Below are positions 24,257 through 32,000 of a DNA stretch of 32,000 nt, one piece after another. The translations under genes and the position numbers were made by a program. Below the pieces are notes generated by a model. It saw only the letters and a program-made list of their open reading frames with translations, had not been told where the DNA came from and searched no databases. Source of the stretch: Caldivirga maquilingensis IC-167. GTDB taxonomy: Archaea > Thermoproteota > Thermoprotei > Thermoproteales > Thermocladiaceae. Where the stretch lies: contig NC_009954.1 of NCBI RefSeq assembly GCF_000018305.1, positions 1,620,001-1,652,000 of the forward strand, read 5' to 3'. Position 1 is the first letter of the stretch. Each line of letters opens with the position of its first letter.

Positions 24257-24703
24257 TTGCGGATAATGATAAGGTTAACTATTGAAATGAACGCTAATGC
24301 ACCGCCTGAGGCTATTTGGAGGATTATTAGTAATGTTCAGAATATGCCTAGGTACTGGTACCTGCATAGGGATGTGAAGGTTCTTGAGAAGGCTGGCTCA
24401 TACTTAAGAGTATTAATTAACCTAGCATTACCGAGACCATTCAGTAAGGAAGAGGCCTTGGTTAGGGTATCTGGCCAAGAGTTGATGGTTATGTTTAACT
24501 TCATTAAGGGTCCTTTAAAGGGTAAGCACATAATTAAGGTTAATAACGGCAATGTGGTAAGCACATGGAGTGTTAATGCATCTCTACCATTATTAATCTT
24601 CAAGCCATGGATCATTCAACGCTTAAGGGATGCTACAGTTAACGCATTAGCAAGATTAATTAATGATGCAGTAAACCTAAGTTACCTCGAATACCAGCCA
24701 TAA
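24257..24703 (+). CDS. SRPBCC (START/polyketide cyclase-like) superfamily protein
   Basis: N-terminal I.MNANAPPEAIWRIISNVQNMPRYW resembles the SRPBCC consensus (i.ap.e.vW....d.en.p.w). Size is about 145 aa. The start is either TTG 24257 or ATG 24266. Confidence 0.6.
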   Translation: MRIMIRLTIEMNANAPPEAIWRIISNVQNMPRYWYLHRDVKVLEKAGSYLRVLINLALPRPFSKEEALVRVSGQELMVMFNFIKGPLKGKHIIKVNNGNVVSTWSVNASLPLLIFKPWIIQRLRDATVNALARLINDAVNLSYLEYQP

Positions 24704-24806
24704 AGCCCTAAGAGTGGATAAGGGGTAATAGACTGAAGTCTCACACCTTAGTGACAGTAATCTTAGTGGCGCTAGCTTCTTAAACATACTCACTGAACCC
24801 TCATGA

Positions 24807-25598
24807 ATGCCATTAACCCTAATATATGCAGCGGCTTCAGTAACCGCAGTGGTGATGATAATTTACACATTGATTAATAATTCACCATGGTTAATTAACC
24901 GTGAATTAAAAATTACTAGCATTAACCTAAACTCCAATTCAATTCTAGTGGTTTCAGACTTACATACTGATGCTAATTCAAGTGACTTAACCGTAATAAG
25001 TGAATTAACCAGGAGGAGTGAAATAGATGTCATTGTTATTGCAGGTGATTTATTCGACCGTAGAGTTAAGGTTAATGATAATGAATTAAGGGTACTGCTT
25101 CACCAAGCCACTCTAAGGCTGGGATTAATTAATACTAATGGTAGTGAATTAACCTTAATCTACGTGAGAAGTGAATCCTCACATGACCCAGGGATTAAGG
25201 GTGGTGAGTCTATTAAAATAGCTAAGTTCAGTAATGTACTAGTGGTAACAGTGCCTAGGATTATTAAGGTTAATTTCCCTAACTGCAGTAATGCAGTATA
25301 CATAGCTCACGGTGATTACACTGTGAGTAATGGCTTATTAGCAGGCTTAATTAACATAATTCCCCTAACCCTACTTAAGCTACCTATTGTGGAATTAATA
25401 ACTAGAAGGGTACTGAATGTTAATAATGGTGATTGGGTAATCATTGGGCACACTCATTTACCGGTAATAAGTAGTAGGTTTAAGGTTGCTAATCCTGGTT
25501 CATGGAAGGGCATCCTCTTCGTTAAGCCTTATAACGGGTACGTATTAATTAAATGCATTAATAGTAGGTTAGTTGCTAAGTTAGGTAGAGTGAACTGA
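24807..25598 (+). CDS. Membrane-anchored metallophosphoesterase (LpxH-like fold)
   Basis: An N-terminal TM segment is followed by VVSDLHTD, IAGDLFD, AHGDY and IGHTHLP. Confidence 0.75.
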   Translation: MPLTLIYAAASVTAVVMIIYTLINNSPWLINRELKITSINLNSNSILVVSDLHTDANSSDLTVISELTRRSEIDVIVIAGDLFDRRVKVNDNELRVLLHQATLRLGLINTNGSELTLIYVRSESSHDPGIKGGESIKIAKFSNVLVVTVPRIIKVNFPNCSNAVYIAHGDYTVSNGLLAGLINIIPLTLLKLPIVELITRRVLNVNNGDWVIIGHTHLPVISSRFKVANPGSWKGILFVKPYNGYVLIKCINSRLVAKLGRVN

Positions 25599-25639
25599 TT
25601 TGAGCAATCTTTATTAATGGCTAGTTTCATGGTGTTTCC

Positions 25640-26485
25640 ATGAATCTGAACTACGTAATCAACGGTATTATTCTAGGTATTGTGCAGGGCATTAGCGAAT
25701 GGTTACCCATAAGTAGTAAGACTCAAATAATGATGACATCAATATACGCACTGCACTTGTCATTTAACCAAGCCTACGCGCTTGGATTATTCCTTGAGGC
25801 CGGTACAGTACTGGCTGCTTTAATTTACTTTAGAAGGGAAGTATGGGGGATATTGAAGGCCCTCGTCCTTAGGGGAAGTAAGTATGATTACATGATGCTT
25901 AAGTACATTGTAGTCATAACCATTCTAACTGGATTAGTCGGTGTTCCACTTTACCTAACAATAGCTGACTCAATTAGGGGTATTGGTATTGGCTTACCCA
26001 TGATTGCATTAGGCCTAATACTAATCGCTGACTCAATACTAATAGCGTTCTCAAGGCTCAGGTACATGCCTAGGAAGAGCTTGAGTGATTTAAGAATGTG
26101 GGAGGTTGCAGTAATAGGTGTGGTTCAGGGCATTGCTGCATTACCAGGGGTTAGTAGGTCTGGTGTAACGGTATCGGCGATGCTTCTACTAGGCCTTAAC
26201 CCTGAGGATTCATTTAAATTATCCTTCATATCAATGATACCTGCAGCAATAGGAGCATCAATAGTCCCGGCACTATTAACGAAGCACTTATTCAGCACAT
26301 TAATTACCGATGTCAACACCTACACTATTATTACCGCAATAGTGATTGCGGCATTAGTCAGCATTGTGTTAATAGATGCCTTAATTAAGTTCGCCAGGGG
26401 GAGGCATGTAGTAGTATTAACAGCATTACTGGGTGCCTTAGCCATATTAAGTGGTGTGTTAAGTATGGTAACTGGCTTAGGTTAA
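25640..26485 (+). CDS. uppP: Undecaprenyl/polyprenyl-diphosphatase (UppP/BacA family)
   Basis: BacA motifs GIVQGISEWLPISS and PGVSRSGVT, with about 8 TM segments. Confidence 0.9.
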   Translation: MNLNYVINGIILGIVQGISEWLPISSKTQIMMTSIYALHLSFNQAYALGLFLEAGTVLAALIYFRREVWGILKALVLRGSKYDYMMLKYIVVITILTGLVGVPLYLTIADSIRGIGIGLPMIALGLILIADSILIAFSRLRYMPRKSLSDLRMWEVAVIGVVQGIAALPGVSRSGVTVSAMLLLGLNPEDSFKLSFISMIPAAIGASIVPALLTKHLFSTLITDVNTYTIITAIVIAALVSIVLIDALIKFARGRHVVVLTALLGALAILSGVLSMVTGLG

Positions 26486-26505
26486 CCGTGCCTTAACCTA
26501 AGCCA
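26473..26505 (+). other. 13-bp-stem / 7-nt-loop hairpin overlapping the uppP stop codon
   Basis: tggcttaggttaa-ccgtgcc-ttaacctaagcca. The arms at 26473-26485 and 26493-26505 are exact reverse complements. Confidence 0.5.
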
Positions 26506-26551
26506 TTAGTTTAAAGCTAAAGCTTATTAACACCTGGGGAATGACGGATGC

Positions 26552-27016
26552 GTGACTGAGGAGGAAAGCCGCATTAGGCCGATTCCATTCGTTGAGGTTC
26601 AGGAGGTTAATGGACAGAGGGTGGTTATAGCTACGGGTAAAAGGAAGACTGCCGTGGCTAGGGCTGTAATTAGGCCTGGTTCAGGTGTTGTTAAGGTTAA
26701 TGGTGTTCCATTAACCATATGGCCCATGGAGGTTGCCAGGCTTAAGATGATGGAGCCGCTTGCGCTTGCTGGAAGAGACATTGTTAATAAGGTTGATATT
26801 GACGTAACTGTGAGCGGTGGTGGATTCATGGGTCAAGCATCAGCCGTGAGGATGGCTATAGCAAGGGGGCTTGCGGCTTACTTCCAAAGCAAGGAATTAC
26901 TTAACCTATACATGCTGTATGACTCAACAATGATTAAGGGAGATGAGAGGAGGACAGAACCCAAGAAGCCTGGCTTAAAGCATGCTAGAAGCAAGAGGCA
27001 GAAGGCGTATAGATAA
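26552..27016 (+). CDS. rps9: 30S ribosomal protein S9 (uS9)
   Basis: GKRKTAVARAVIRPGSG.VKVNG and the C-terminal KKPGLKHARSKRQKAYR are typical of uS9. GTG start. Confidence 0.93.
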   Translation: MTEEESRIRPIPFVEVQEVNGQRVVIATGKRKTAVARAVIRPGSGVVKVNGVPLTIWPMEVARLKMMEPLALAGRDIVNKVDIDVTVSGGGFMGQASAVRMAIARGLAAYFQSKELLNLYMLYDSTMIKGDERRTEPKKPGLKHARSKRQKAYR

Positions 27017-27210
27017 CCATCCCCATTCTAAGGGGGAATCCTACACTAATGCCTTATTACTCGCATTGGTGAGGGCTTAAACCCTTAGACTAATGCGCCT
27101 TTAATCATAATTAATGAGGCTTCATTTTTAATCATTAATCTAAATTAACGATTCCATAATCCAACACCTAATGGTTAATGCATGGTAAATTTAGTTACTA
27201 AGGGCAAAGA

Positions 27211-27218
27211 TTTATTAA
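27211..27218 (+). promoter_or_regulatory. TATA-like element (TTTATTAA) for rpoN
   Basis: It lies 23-30 nt upstream of the ATG at 27241. Confidence 0.45.
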
Positions 27219-27240
27219 GGTATCAGTACCGCATCAGTGG

Positions 27241-27444
27241 ATGATAGTCCCAATTAGGTGTTGGACCTGTGGAAGACCACTAGGTCACTTATGGGAACCT
27301 TTTAGAAATAGGGTGCTTGCCGGGGAGGATCCAGGGAAGGTGCTTGATGACCTGCATGTAACCAGGTACTGCTGTAGAAGAACACTACTTGCACACGTGG
27401 AGTTAATAAACCAAGTACTGCCATATGGCTTAATTGAGAAGTAG
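27241..27444 (+). CDS. rpoN: DNA-directed RNA polymerase subunit N (Rpo10)
   Basis: [15 protein letters not shown]....F and the ...RYCCRR zinc-binding signature. Confidence 0.95.
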   Translation: MIVPIRCWTCGRPLGHLWEPFRNRVLAGEDPGKVLDDLHVTRYCCRRTLLAHVELINQVLPYGLIEK

Positions 27445-27458
27445 AGAAGACCCTCAAT

Positions 27459-28214
27459 TCATTTACTTAACCTAAGCACCGTAACACCATCACTTACATC
27501 AAGGTACGCCGCCCCAGCCATTATCAGTTTATTAACTTCACTTATCGGAATCCCTGAATCAAGCAATGCCCTTAGGGGAATTTCCCTACTACCTCCCATT
27601 AATTCCTTAATACTAAGGGGGATGTAATCGCCCTCACTTCCCCTACTCCACTCCACTGGTATTCTAATGTTTAATTTACCTTTACCTTGAAAAACATGAT
27701 CAAACGGTGAGACTTGATTCCCTTCAGGCGCTATTGTTGTGTAGACGTTAATGCTAATGCCCCTTAACTTAAGGTAGAGTAATAGATCCTTAAGCCTAAA
27801 CCACCTATCGCTATACACCTCGTATATTATTTCCTTACCTATAATCCTCATTACCGGTAACGCAATTAATAACCCTAAGATAGTGGAAACAGGCTCCAAT
27901 GGTGGTATTGGTATAGTGAAGCATGGTCCCTTCAATAAGCCGGGTGGTTGAGTATCAATAAGCCTTAAAGCCGGGCATATAAGCCCCTCGCATTCACTAA
28001 TAAAATTACCCACATTACTTACATTACTGGGTTTAATAATGAAGCCATACTCCATTGCTAACCTGGTTATCACTAACTCATCCTCATCATTGAGGGGTAG
28101 GTTTAAGCCCATTATACTGCAGTTTGAACCATACCGCCATGTAACCATGCCTTTAATAATGGGTACTGTTGATGGTAGAACTAGGAGGTTTAATTGACCA
28201 ATGCTGCTCCTCAT
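27459..28214 (-). CDS. Hypothetical protein (251 aa), translationally coupled to the upstream pilin-like gene
   Basis: ORF only. Its start lies 2 nt after the stop of the 28217-28627 gene. I see no Walker motifs or other recognisable signatures. Confidence 0.5.
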   Translation of the reverse strand: MRSSIGQLNLLVLPSTVPIIKGMVTWRYGSNCSIMGLNLPLNDEDELVITRLAMEYGFIIKPSNVSNVGNFISECEGLICPALRLIDTQPPGLLKGPCFTIPIPPLEPVSTILGLLIALPVMRIIGKEIIYEVYSDRWFRLKDLLLYLKLRGISINVYTTIAPEGNQVSPFDHVFQGKGKLNIRIPVEWSRGSEGDYIPLSIKELMGGSREIPLRALLDSGIPISEVNKLIMAGAAYLDVSDGVTVLRLSK

Positions 28215-28216
28215 TA

Positions 28217-28627
28217 TTAATCATTCACCACACTACTGTAATACCCGCTACTTGTCCTTACTATAACGTAGTAGGCGTACACGCACCCAACCCCCTCTGC
28301 ATCCACTATTAATTGATCACCACCCTTCAGTACAATGGGCTTAGTTAAGTTAATCGGTAAGCCGTTTACGTATGCGCCAGTTACCGTGCATGTAACTTGG
28401 TTACCATCCTGGTTAGTGAAGTTAACGCCGAGTACTGTCACTGAACCTAGGCCCATGTTCTTTATGGTGGCTTGAATCATGCTTGGGGTTACTTCACCTG
28501 CACTTACAAGTAATTGACTATACGTACTCATGCTATTTGATACGAAAACCCACAGTATTGCAGCCACTATTACGGATAAGACAACCCCTATTATGGTCCA
28601 GACTATGTTACTTAACCCACTACTCAT
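28217..28627 (-). CDS. Archaeal type IV pilin-like protein (class III signal peptide candidate)
   Basis: The N-terminus MSSG|LSNIVWTIIGVVLSVIVAAILWVF has a short polar leader, a G-L-S junction and a hydrophobic helix of about 22 residues. It is followed by a beta-rich, Gly/Val/Thr-rich domain. The -2 Lys/Arg usually seen before the cleavage site is absent. Confidence 0.55.
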   Translation of the reverse strand: MSSGLSNIVWTIIGVVLSVIVAAILWVFVSNSMSTYSQLLVSAGEVTPSMIQATIKNMGLGSVTVLGVNFTNQDGNQVTCTVTGAYVNGLPINLTKPIVLKGGDQLIVDAEGVGCVYAYYVIVRTSSGYYSSVVND

Positions 28628-28732
28628 AGGGTAGTTACAGTTAACTGGGCGTTAACTAGTGCGTAAATAGGGTAACGGTAATTGCCTCATTCCCCTACTT
28701 AACCTCAACCTAAACTTAACCAATGCTAATCA

Positions 28733-29617
28733 ATGGTAATGATATGCCTGGGTAATTACGGTCTATGCATTGCGTTACTAGGTTCATCCCTAAACATAAT
28801 TTATGGTTACGTATTAATGAGTTGGGGGAACGCCATGATTAGGAGGATTGGGGAAACCCACATATTTGATACACTGCTGGGCTTCTCAATGTACATAATT
28901 GCATTATTGATACTAATTAATCAACAACACTTAATGGAAATGATTCTGAATGGTTTAAACCTAAGGGTTGAATACATCACTCAGCATATTAAGGTTACTC
29001 AATGTTCACTCACATCCTATGGAAACTGCGTAACCGTGGGGGAGGCAATTAAGAAACCCATAATCGACCCTGGGTCAGCATCATTGGCGTTCAGTAATAT
29101 GGCTAATGCCTTAATTAACTCATTAACTCAACTATATGTTGCCGAGGTGACGTTAACTGTTCTCCCCTTTGTATCACCAGTGGGCTATTACTTGAATGAC
29201 ATATCAAGGTACTTCACCTGGCAGGCTGAGTGGGCATTGGTTAACACTTACATGCTCTACTACCTATCCACAATAGCTGGTTACGCAATGCAGTTAACAG
29301 CTCTTGGGGCTAGTTTAATCCCAATTAGGCAGGTTAGGTGGATTGGCGGCTTCCTCTTCTCAATGGGTCTAGTAACCCCGATTTACGTTGTCACTATGGC
29401 TAATTGGTTGGTTAGCCAGGGGTTGGTTATTTCAATTAACCCATCATTAATTAATGATGTTAAGGGCATAATATCCCTTGGAACAAACCTGTTTAGCCTA
29501 GGTAGTAGGCTTGAGGAATTTAACGTAATGGTTGACGTATCAATGGCAATATACTCATCGATACTCTACGGCTTAAGTAGGCTGCTTGGGGAGGTTGGTT
29601 TATTAATAAATGTTTAG
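28733..29617 (+). CDS. Polytopic membrane protein (about 6 TM, large loop between TM2 and TM3), unknown family
   Basis: The hydrophobicity pattern supports a membrane protein. It is divergent from the pilin-like gene across a 105-bp spacer. I recognise no motif. Confidence 0.5.
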   Translation: MVMICLGNYGLCIALLGSSLNIIYGYVLMSWGNAMIRRIGETHIFDTLLGFSMYIIALLILINQQHLMEMILNGLNLRVEYITQHIKVTQCSLTSYGNCVTVGEAIKKPIIDPGSASLAFSNMANALINSLTQLYVAEVTLTVLPFVSPVGYYLNDISRYFTWQAEWALVNTYMLYYLSTIAGYAMQLTALGASLIPIRQVRWIGGFLFSMGLVTPIYVVTMANWLVSQGLVISINPSLINDVKGIISLGTNLFSLGSRLEEFNVMVDVSMAIYSSILYGLSRLLGEVGLLINV

Positions 29618-29631
29618 GACGCAGTCTGAAG

Positions 29632-30963
29632 ATGCCTAAGCCAACTGAGGCTCCCTTGGATCTGCAAGTAGGTATGGAGTACTACATAACCGACTGCGGT
29701 GGAGTTGGGGGTAGGTTAAGGAGTAGTTATGAGGATTTCATTGTTGAGGAAGTTTTAATCGATGGGATGGTTATATCATTAAAGGCTCCAGTGAATATTA
29801 AGCCTAAGCCCGGTCCATACACTTGGATTATTATTGAGAAGAGGGGGATTGATACAATTAGCCTAGTGGTTACGCTTAGTAGGAGGCTTGGCGTTAAGCT
29901 TAGTGACGTATCGTATGGTGGATTAAAGGATACTAAGGCAGTGGCTACTCAAGTAATATCAATTAAGGGTATTACACCAATGCAATTAGAGGGCTTAGAC
30001 CTAGGTCCTAGGGTTAGGGTGGTGGCTTCATTCTCAATGGATAAGCCCTTCACACCCAGTGAAATATGGGGGAATCAATTCACCATAGTGATCAGGGGCA
30101 TTACTGGTGATGAATCAGTATTTAATTGTGTCATTGAGCAGGTCATGGAGAGGGGGTTACCATCATACTATGGTTACCAGAGGTTTGGTTTAAGGAGACC
30201 TAACTCACATATAATAGGTAAATTAATCATAATGGGTGACTTCGAGAAGGCTGTCGAGGAATTGGTTGCTAAACCATACCCCTATGAGGATGATACCATT
30301 AGGAAGGCTAGGGAATTAGCGGGAATGGGTGAGTACTCTAAGGCCCTTGAGTTACTACCAAGGAGCATTAGGTATCTTCCTGAGAGGCTTGTGCTTAAGC
30401 AATTATTAATGGACCCGGGAAACTACATGAATGCTTTAAGTAAATTACCGGTGAATTTACTTAAACTATACGTTGAGGCTTATCAATCCTACCTCTTCAA
30501 TAAGGCTTTAAGCGCCAGGATAGGGAGGGGTATTAGTATAAATAGGGCCGTTGATGGTGACTTAATAGTCCTCCTTGATGAACACGGGTTACCCACTGGT
30601 AATGTTATTAAGGCTGAGGGTTCAATGGTTGATAAGGTTAATTCAATAATAAGTAAGGGTAGGGCAACGGTGGTTGGGCACCTTGTGGGTTACAGGAGTA
30701 GGTTTAATAATGGTGTTCAGGGTGAGATTGAATTAAGCGTACTTAAGGCTGAGGGCATTGAGCCAAGTGACTTTAAGGTAAGTGGCATGCCTAAATTAGC
30801 CACTGGGGGTGGTGTTAGGTGGCTCAGCATTAAGCCGATTATACACTCAATATCAGTAAATGGAAGCAACGCTAAATTAATCTTTAAACTACCTAAGGGT
30901 AATTACGCAACAACCCTGCTTAGGGAATTCATTAAACCTAATAGGCCTGAATTAGATTTCTAG
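29632..30963 (+). CDS. truD: tRNA pseudouridine synthase TruD/Pus7 family (archaeal Psi13 synthase)
   Basis: The catalytic-Asp motif [12 protein letters not shown] and the YGYQRFG motif are characteristic of TruD. Confidence 0.9.
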   Translation: MPKPTEAPLDLQVGMEYYITDCGGVGGRLRSSYEDFIVEEVLIDGMVISLKAPVNIKPKPGPYTWIIIEKRGIDTISLVVTLSRRLGVKLSDVSYGGLKDTKAVATQVISIKGITPMQLEGLDLGPRVRVVASFSMDKPFTPSEIWGNQFTIVIRGITGDESVFNCVIEQVMERGLPSYYGYQRFGLRRPNSHIIGKLIIMGDFEKAVEELVAKPYPYEDDTIRKARELAGMGEYSKALELLPRSIRYLPERLVLKQLLMDPGNYMNALSKLPVNLLKLYVEAYQSYLFNKALSARIGRGISINRAVDGDLIVLLDEHGLPTGNVIKAEGSMVDKVNSIISKGRATVVGHLVGYRSRFNNGVQGEIELSVLKAEGIEPSDFKVSGMPKLATGGGVRWLSIKPIIHSISVNGSNAKLIFKLPKGNYATTLLREFIKPNRPELDF

Positions 30964-31820
30964 ACGCAGGCATTTTTAAGCGTCTCCTGGCACTTAAGGT
31001 GAACATCCTTAGGTATCCTAGGTATTACCTCAGTCATAACCCTCTTAGCTAAATCAAGCTTCTCACCCATGGTCTTCTCCACAAGCTCAGCGGTAACTGG
31101 CTGGTGGGGGACCCATATATCGTAGTCAGTTATTACGGCTAATAAGGCGTAACACATGCCTAATTCCCTAGCCAGATTAACCTCAGGTACAAGGGTCATG
31201 CCTATTATATCGCATCCATAAACATCCCTCCATATTCTCGACTCAGCCTTAGTACTGAACCTCGGCCCCTCAATGCATACGTAGCATCCTGAATCATGGG
31301 TCTTATTATACTTTGAAGCAGACTCAATGATTAGTCTCCTTAAATCATTACTGAATGGTTCAAGGCCTATTTGAACATGACAAACCCTGGGTCCATCATA
31401 GAACGTGTACTCCCTGTTCTTAGTCATGTCCACGAATTGGTCAGGAACCACGAAGTCACCTGGTGCGTAATCCTGCCTTAAACTACCCACGGCACTTATA
31501 GATAATATAACCCTAGCCCCCAGGGCCTTAAGAGCCCATATATTAGCCCTATAGGGTATTTTATGAGGTGGGTACCTATGCCCACGACCATGCCTAGGCA
31601 GGAAGGCAACCCACTCACCCTTAACTCTACCTATTATCACATTATCACTGGGTAAGCCATATGGGGTATGCAACTGAACCTCCACAGGCTCCTCAAATAT
31701 ACCTGGGTCATATAGCCCTGAACCACCTATTACCGCAACGTAGGGTTTACCTACACCAAGCTCACTCTCACTAACTTCACCTGAGGATATGCCTTCACCA
31801 GATATCTTAATTAGCCTCAT
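30960..31820 (-). CDS. mtnP: S-methyl-5'-thioadenosine phosphorylase (trimeric PNP/MTAP family)
   Basis: [37 protein letters not shown], and [19 protein letters not shown]. Confidence 0.93.
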   Translation of the reverse strand: MRLIKISGEGISSGEVSESELGVGKPYVAVIGGSGLYDPGIFEEPVEVQLHTPYGLPSDNVIIGRVKGEWVAFLPRHGRGHRYPPHKIPYRANIWALKALGARVILSISAVGSLRQDYAPGDFVVPDQFVDMTKNREYTFYDGPRVCHVQIGLEPFSNDLRRLIIESASKYNKTHDSGCYVCIEGPRFSTKAESRIWRDVYGCDIIGMTLVPEVNLARELGMCYALLAVITDYDIWVPHQPVTAELVEKTMGEKLDLAKRVMTEVIPRIPKDVHLKCQETLKNACV

Positions 31821-31856
31821 TACTCAATGTTTACTGTTAAGGTTTTAAGTATTACT

Positions 31857-32000
31857 TCAAGTTATTGGGTATGCTTGTTCTAGTTGTTTTTGGTCTTCTT
31901 GGTTTATTCTCCATCCTAATGCCCCTAGGTTCTCCCTTAAATGCTCCTCCCTTGTTGCCTTTGGTATCGCCACTGTGTTTGGTTTGCTTATTAACCAGTT
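31857..32000 (-). CDS. Aldo/keto reductase, C-terminal 47 codons (5' part lies outside the window)
   Basis: My translation of the minus strand is NWLISKPNTVAIPKATREEHLRENLGALGWRINQEDQKQLEQAYPIT*. It matches the AKR C-terminal consensus (..v.iPga...ehl.eNl.a....l..ee...l). Confidence 0.7.
   Translation of the reverse strand, partial: NWLISKPNTVAIPKATREEHLRENLGALGWRINQEDQKQLEQAYPIT

Noticed and set aside
3342-26829. Many track ORFs lie antisense to, or out of frame within, well-supported genes. They are 3342-3551, 3469-3753, 4677-4874, 5992-6255, 6767-6952, 7269-7454, 8022-8234, 8627-8863, 9942-10142, 10829-11098, 11440-11646, 11665-12012, 12067-12255, 12275-12475, 12904-13131, 13592-13804, 13927-14109, 14949-15140, 15593-15790, 16708-16914, 18146-18541, 18701-19069, 19106-19459, 20111-20305, 20345-20545, 24337-24615, 26125-26319 and 26599-26829.
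   Set aside because: Each is fully embedded in a gene with clear family motifs on the other strand or frame. Their translations are low-complexity (Ser/Leu/Pro/Thr-rich) with no recognisable motifs, which is typical of shadow ORFs.
30960-30963. Convergent truD and MTAP genes overlap by sharing the palindrome CTAG as both stop codons.
   Set aside because: The overlap is real but a trivial consequence of compact genomes, and no functional implication can be supported.
1-32000. Search for CRISPR arrays, rRNA, tRNA, IS elements, integrases and reverse transcriptases.
   Set aside because: I saw no regularly spaced direct repeats, no long GC-rich structured non-coding segment, and no transposase or integrase-like ORF. 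This was inspection by eye only, so tRNAscan-SE or Infernal and a repeat finder should confirm it.

Overview
This is a densely packed archaeal chromosomal window with about 41 protein genes. It looks crenarchaeal, probably Thermoproteales-like (inference). The supporting signs are GatE, Top6A, Rpo10/Rpo11, a PaREP1-family gene, and AT-rich TATA-like boxes about 25-30 nt upstream of many start codons, which suggests leaderless mRNAs. By eye I found no rRNA, tRNA, CRISPR array, transposase or integrase. The left third (1142-8484) holds a full histidine-utilisation set: hutU, an MHS-type MFS transporter, an arginase-fold hutG-like gene, hutH and hutI, arranged around two divergent promoter regions. 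The middle carries housekeeping genes: an NP-I nucleoside phosphorylase, PAC2, a phosphoesterase, top6A, HIT, TldD/PmbA and gatE. The right third carries a PRT, SRPBCC, phosphoesterase, uppP, rps9, rpoN, truD, MTAP and a partial aldo-keto reductase. Three regions are not explained by standard annotation. (1) 15282-16176 is an AT-rich two-gene module: an internally duplicated MNT-like protein whose catalytic DxD motifs are lost in both copies, overlapping a HEPN gene. (2) 19725-23288 is an eight-gene, translationally coupled string: ABC ATPase, ABC-2 permease, ArsR wHTH, a TM/coiled-coil protein, a 39-aa micro-ORF, a beta-solenoid repeat protein, and a canonical HEPN-MNT pair. A 7-bp inverted repeat brackets its TATA box. 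(3) 27459-29617 is an orphan type IV pilin-like gene coupled to an unknown 251-aa protein and divergent from a 6-TM membrane protein, with no assembly ATPase nearby. All family assignments come from motif recognition by eye; no database search was run.
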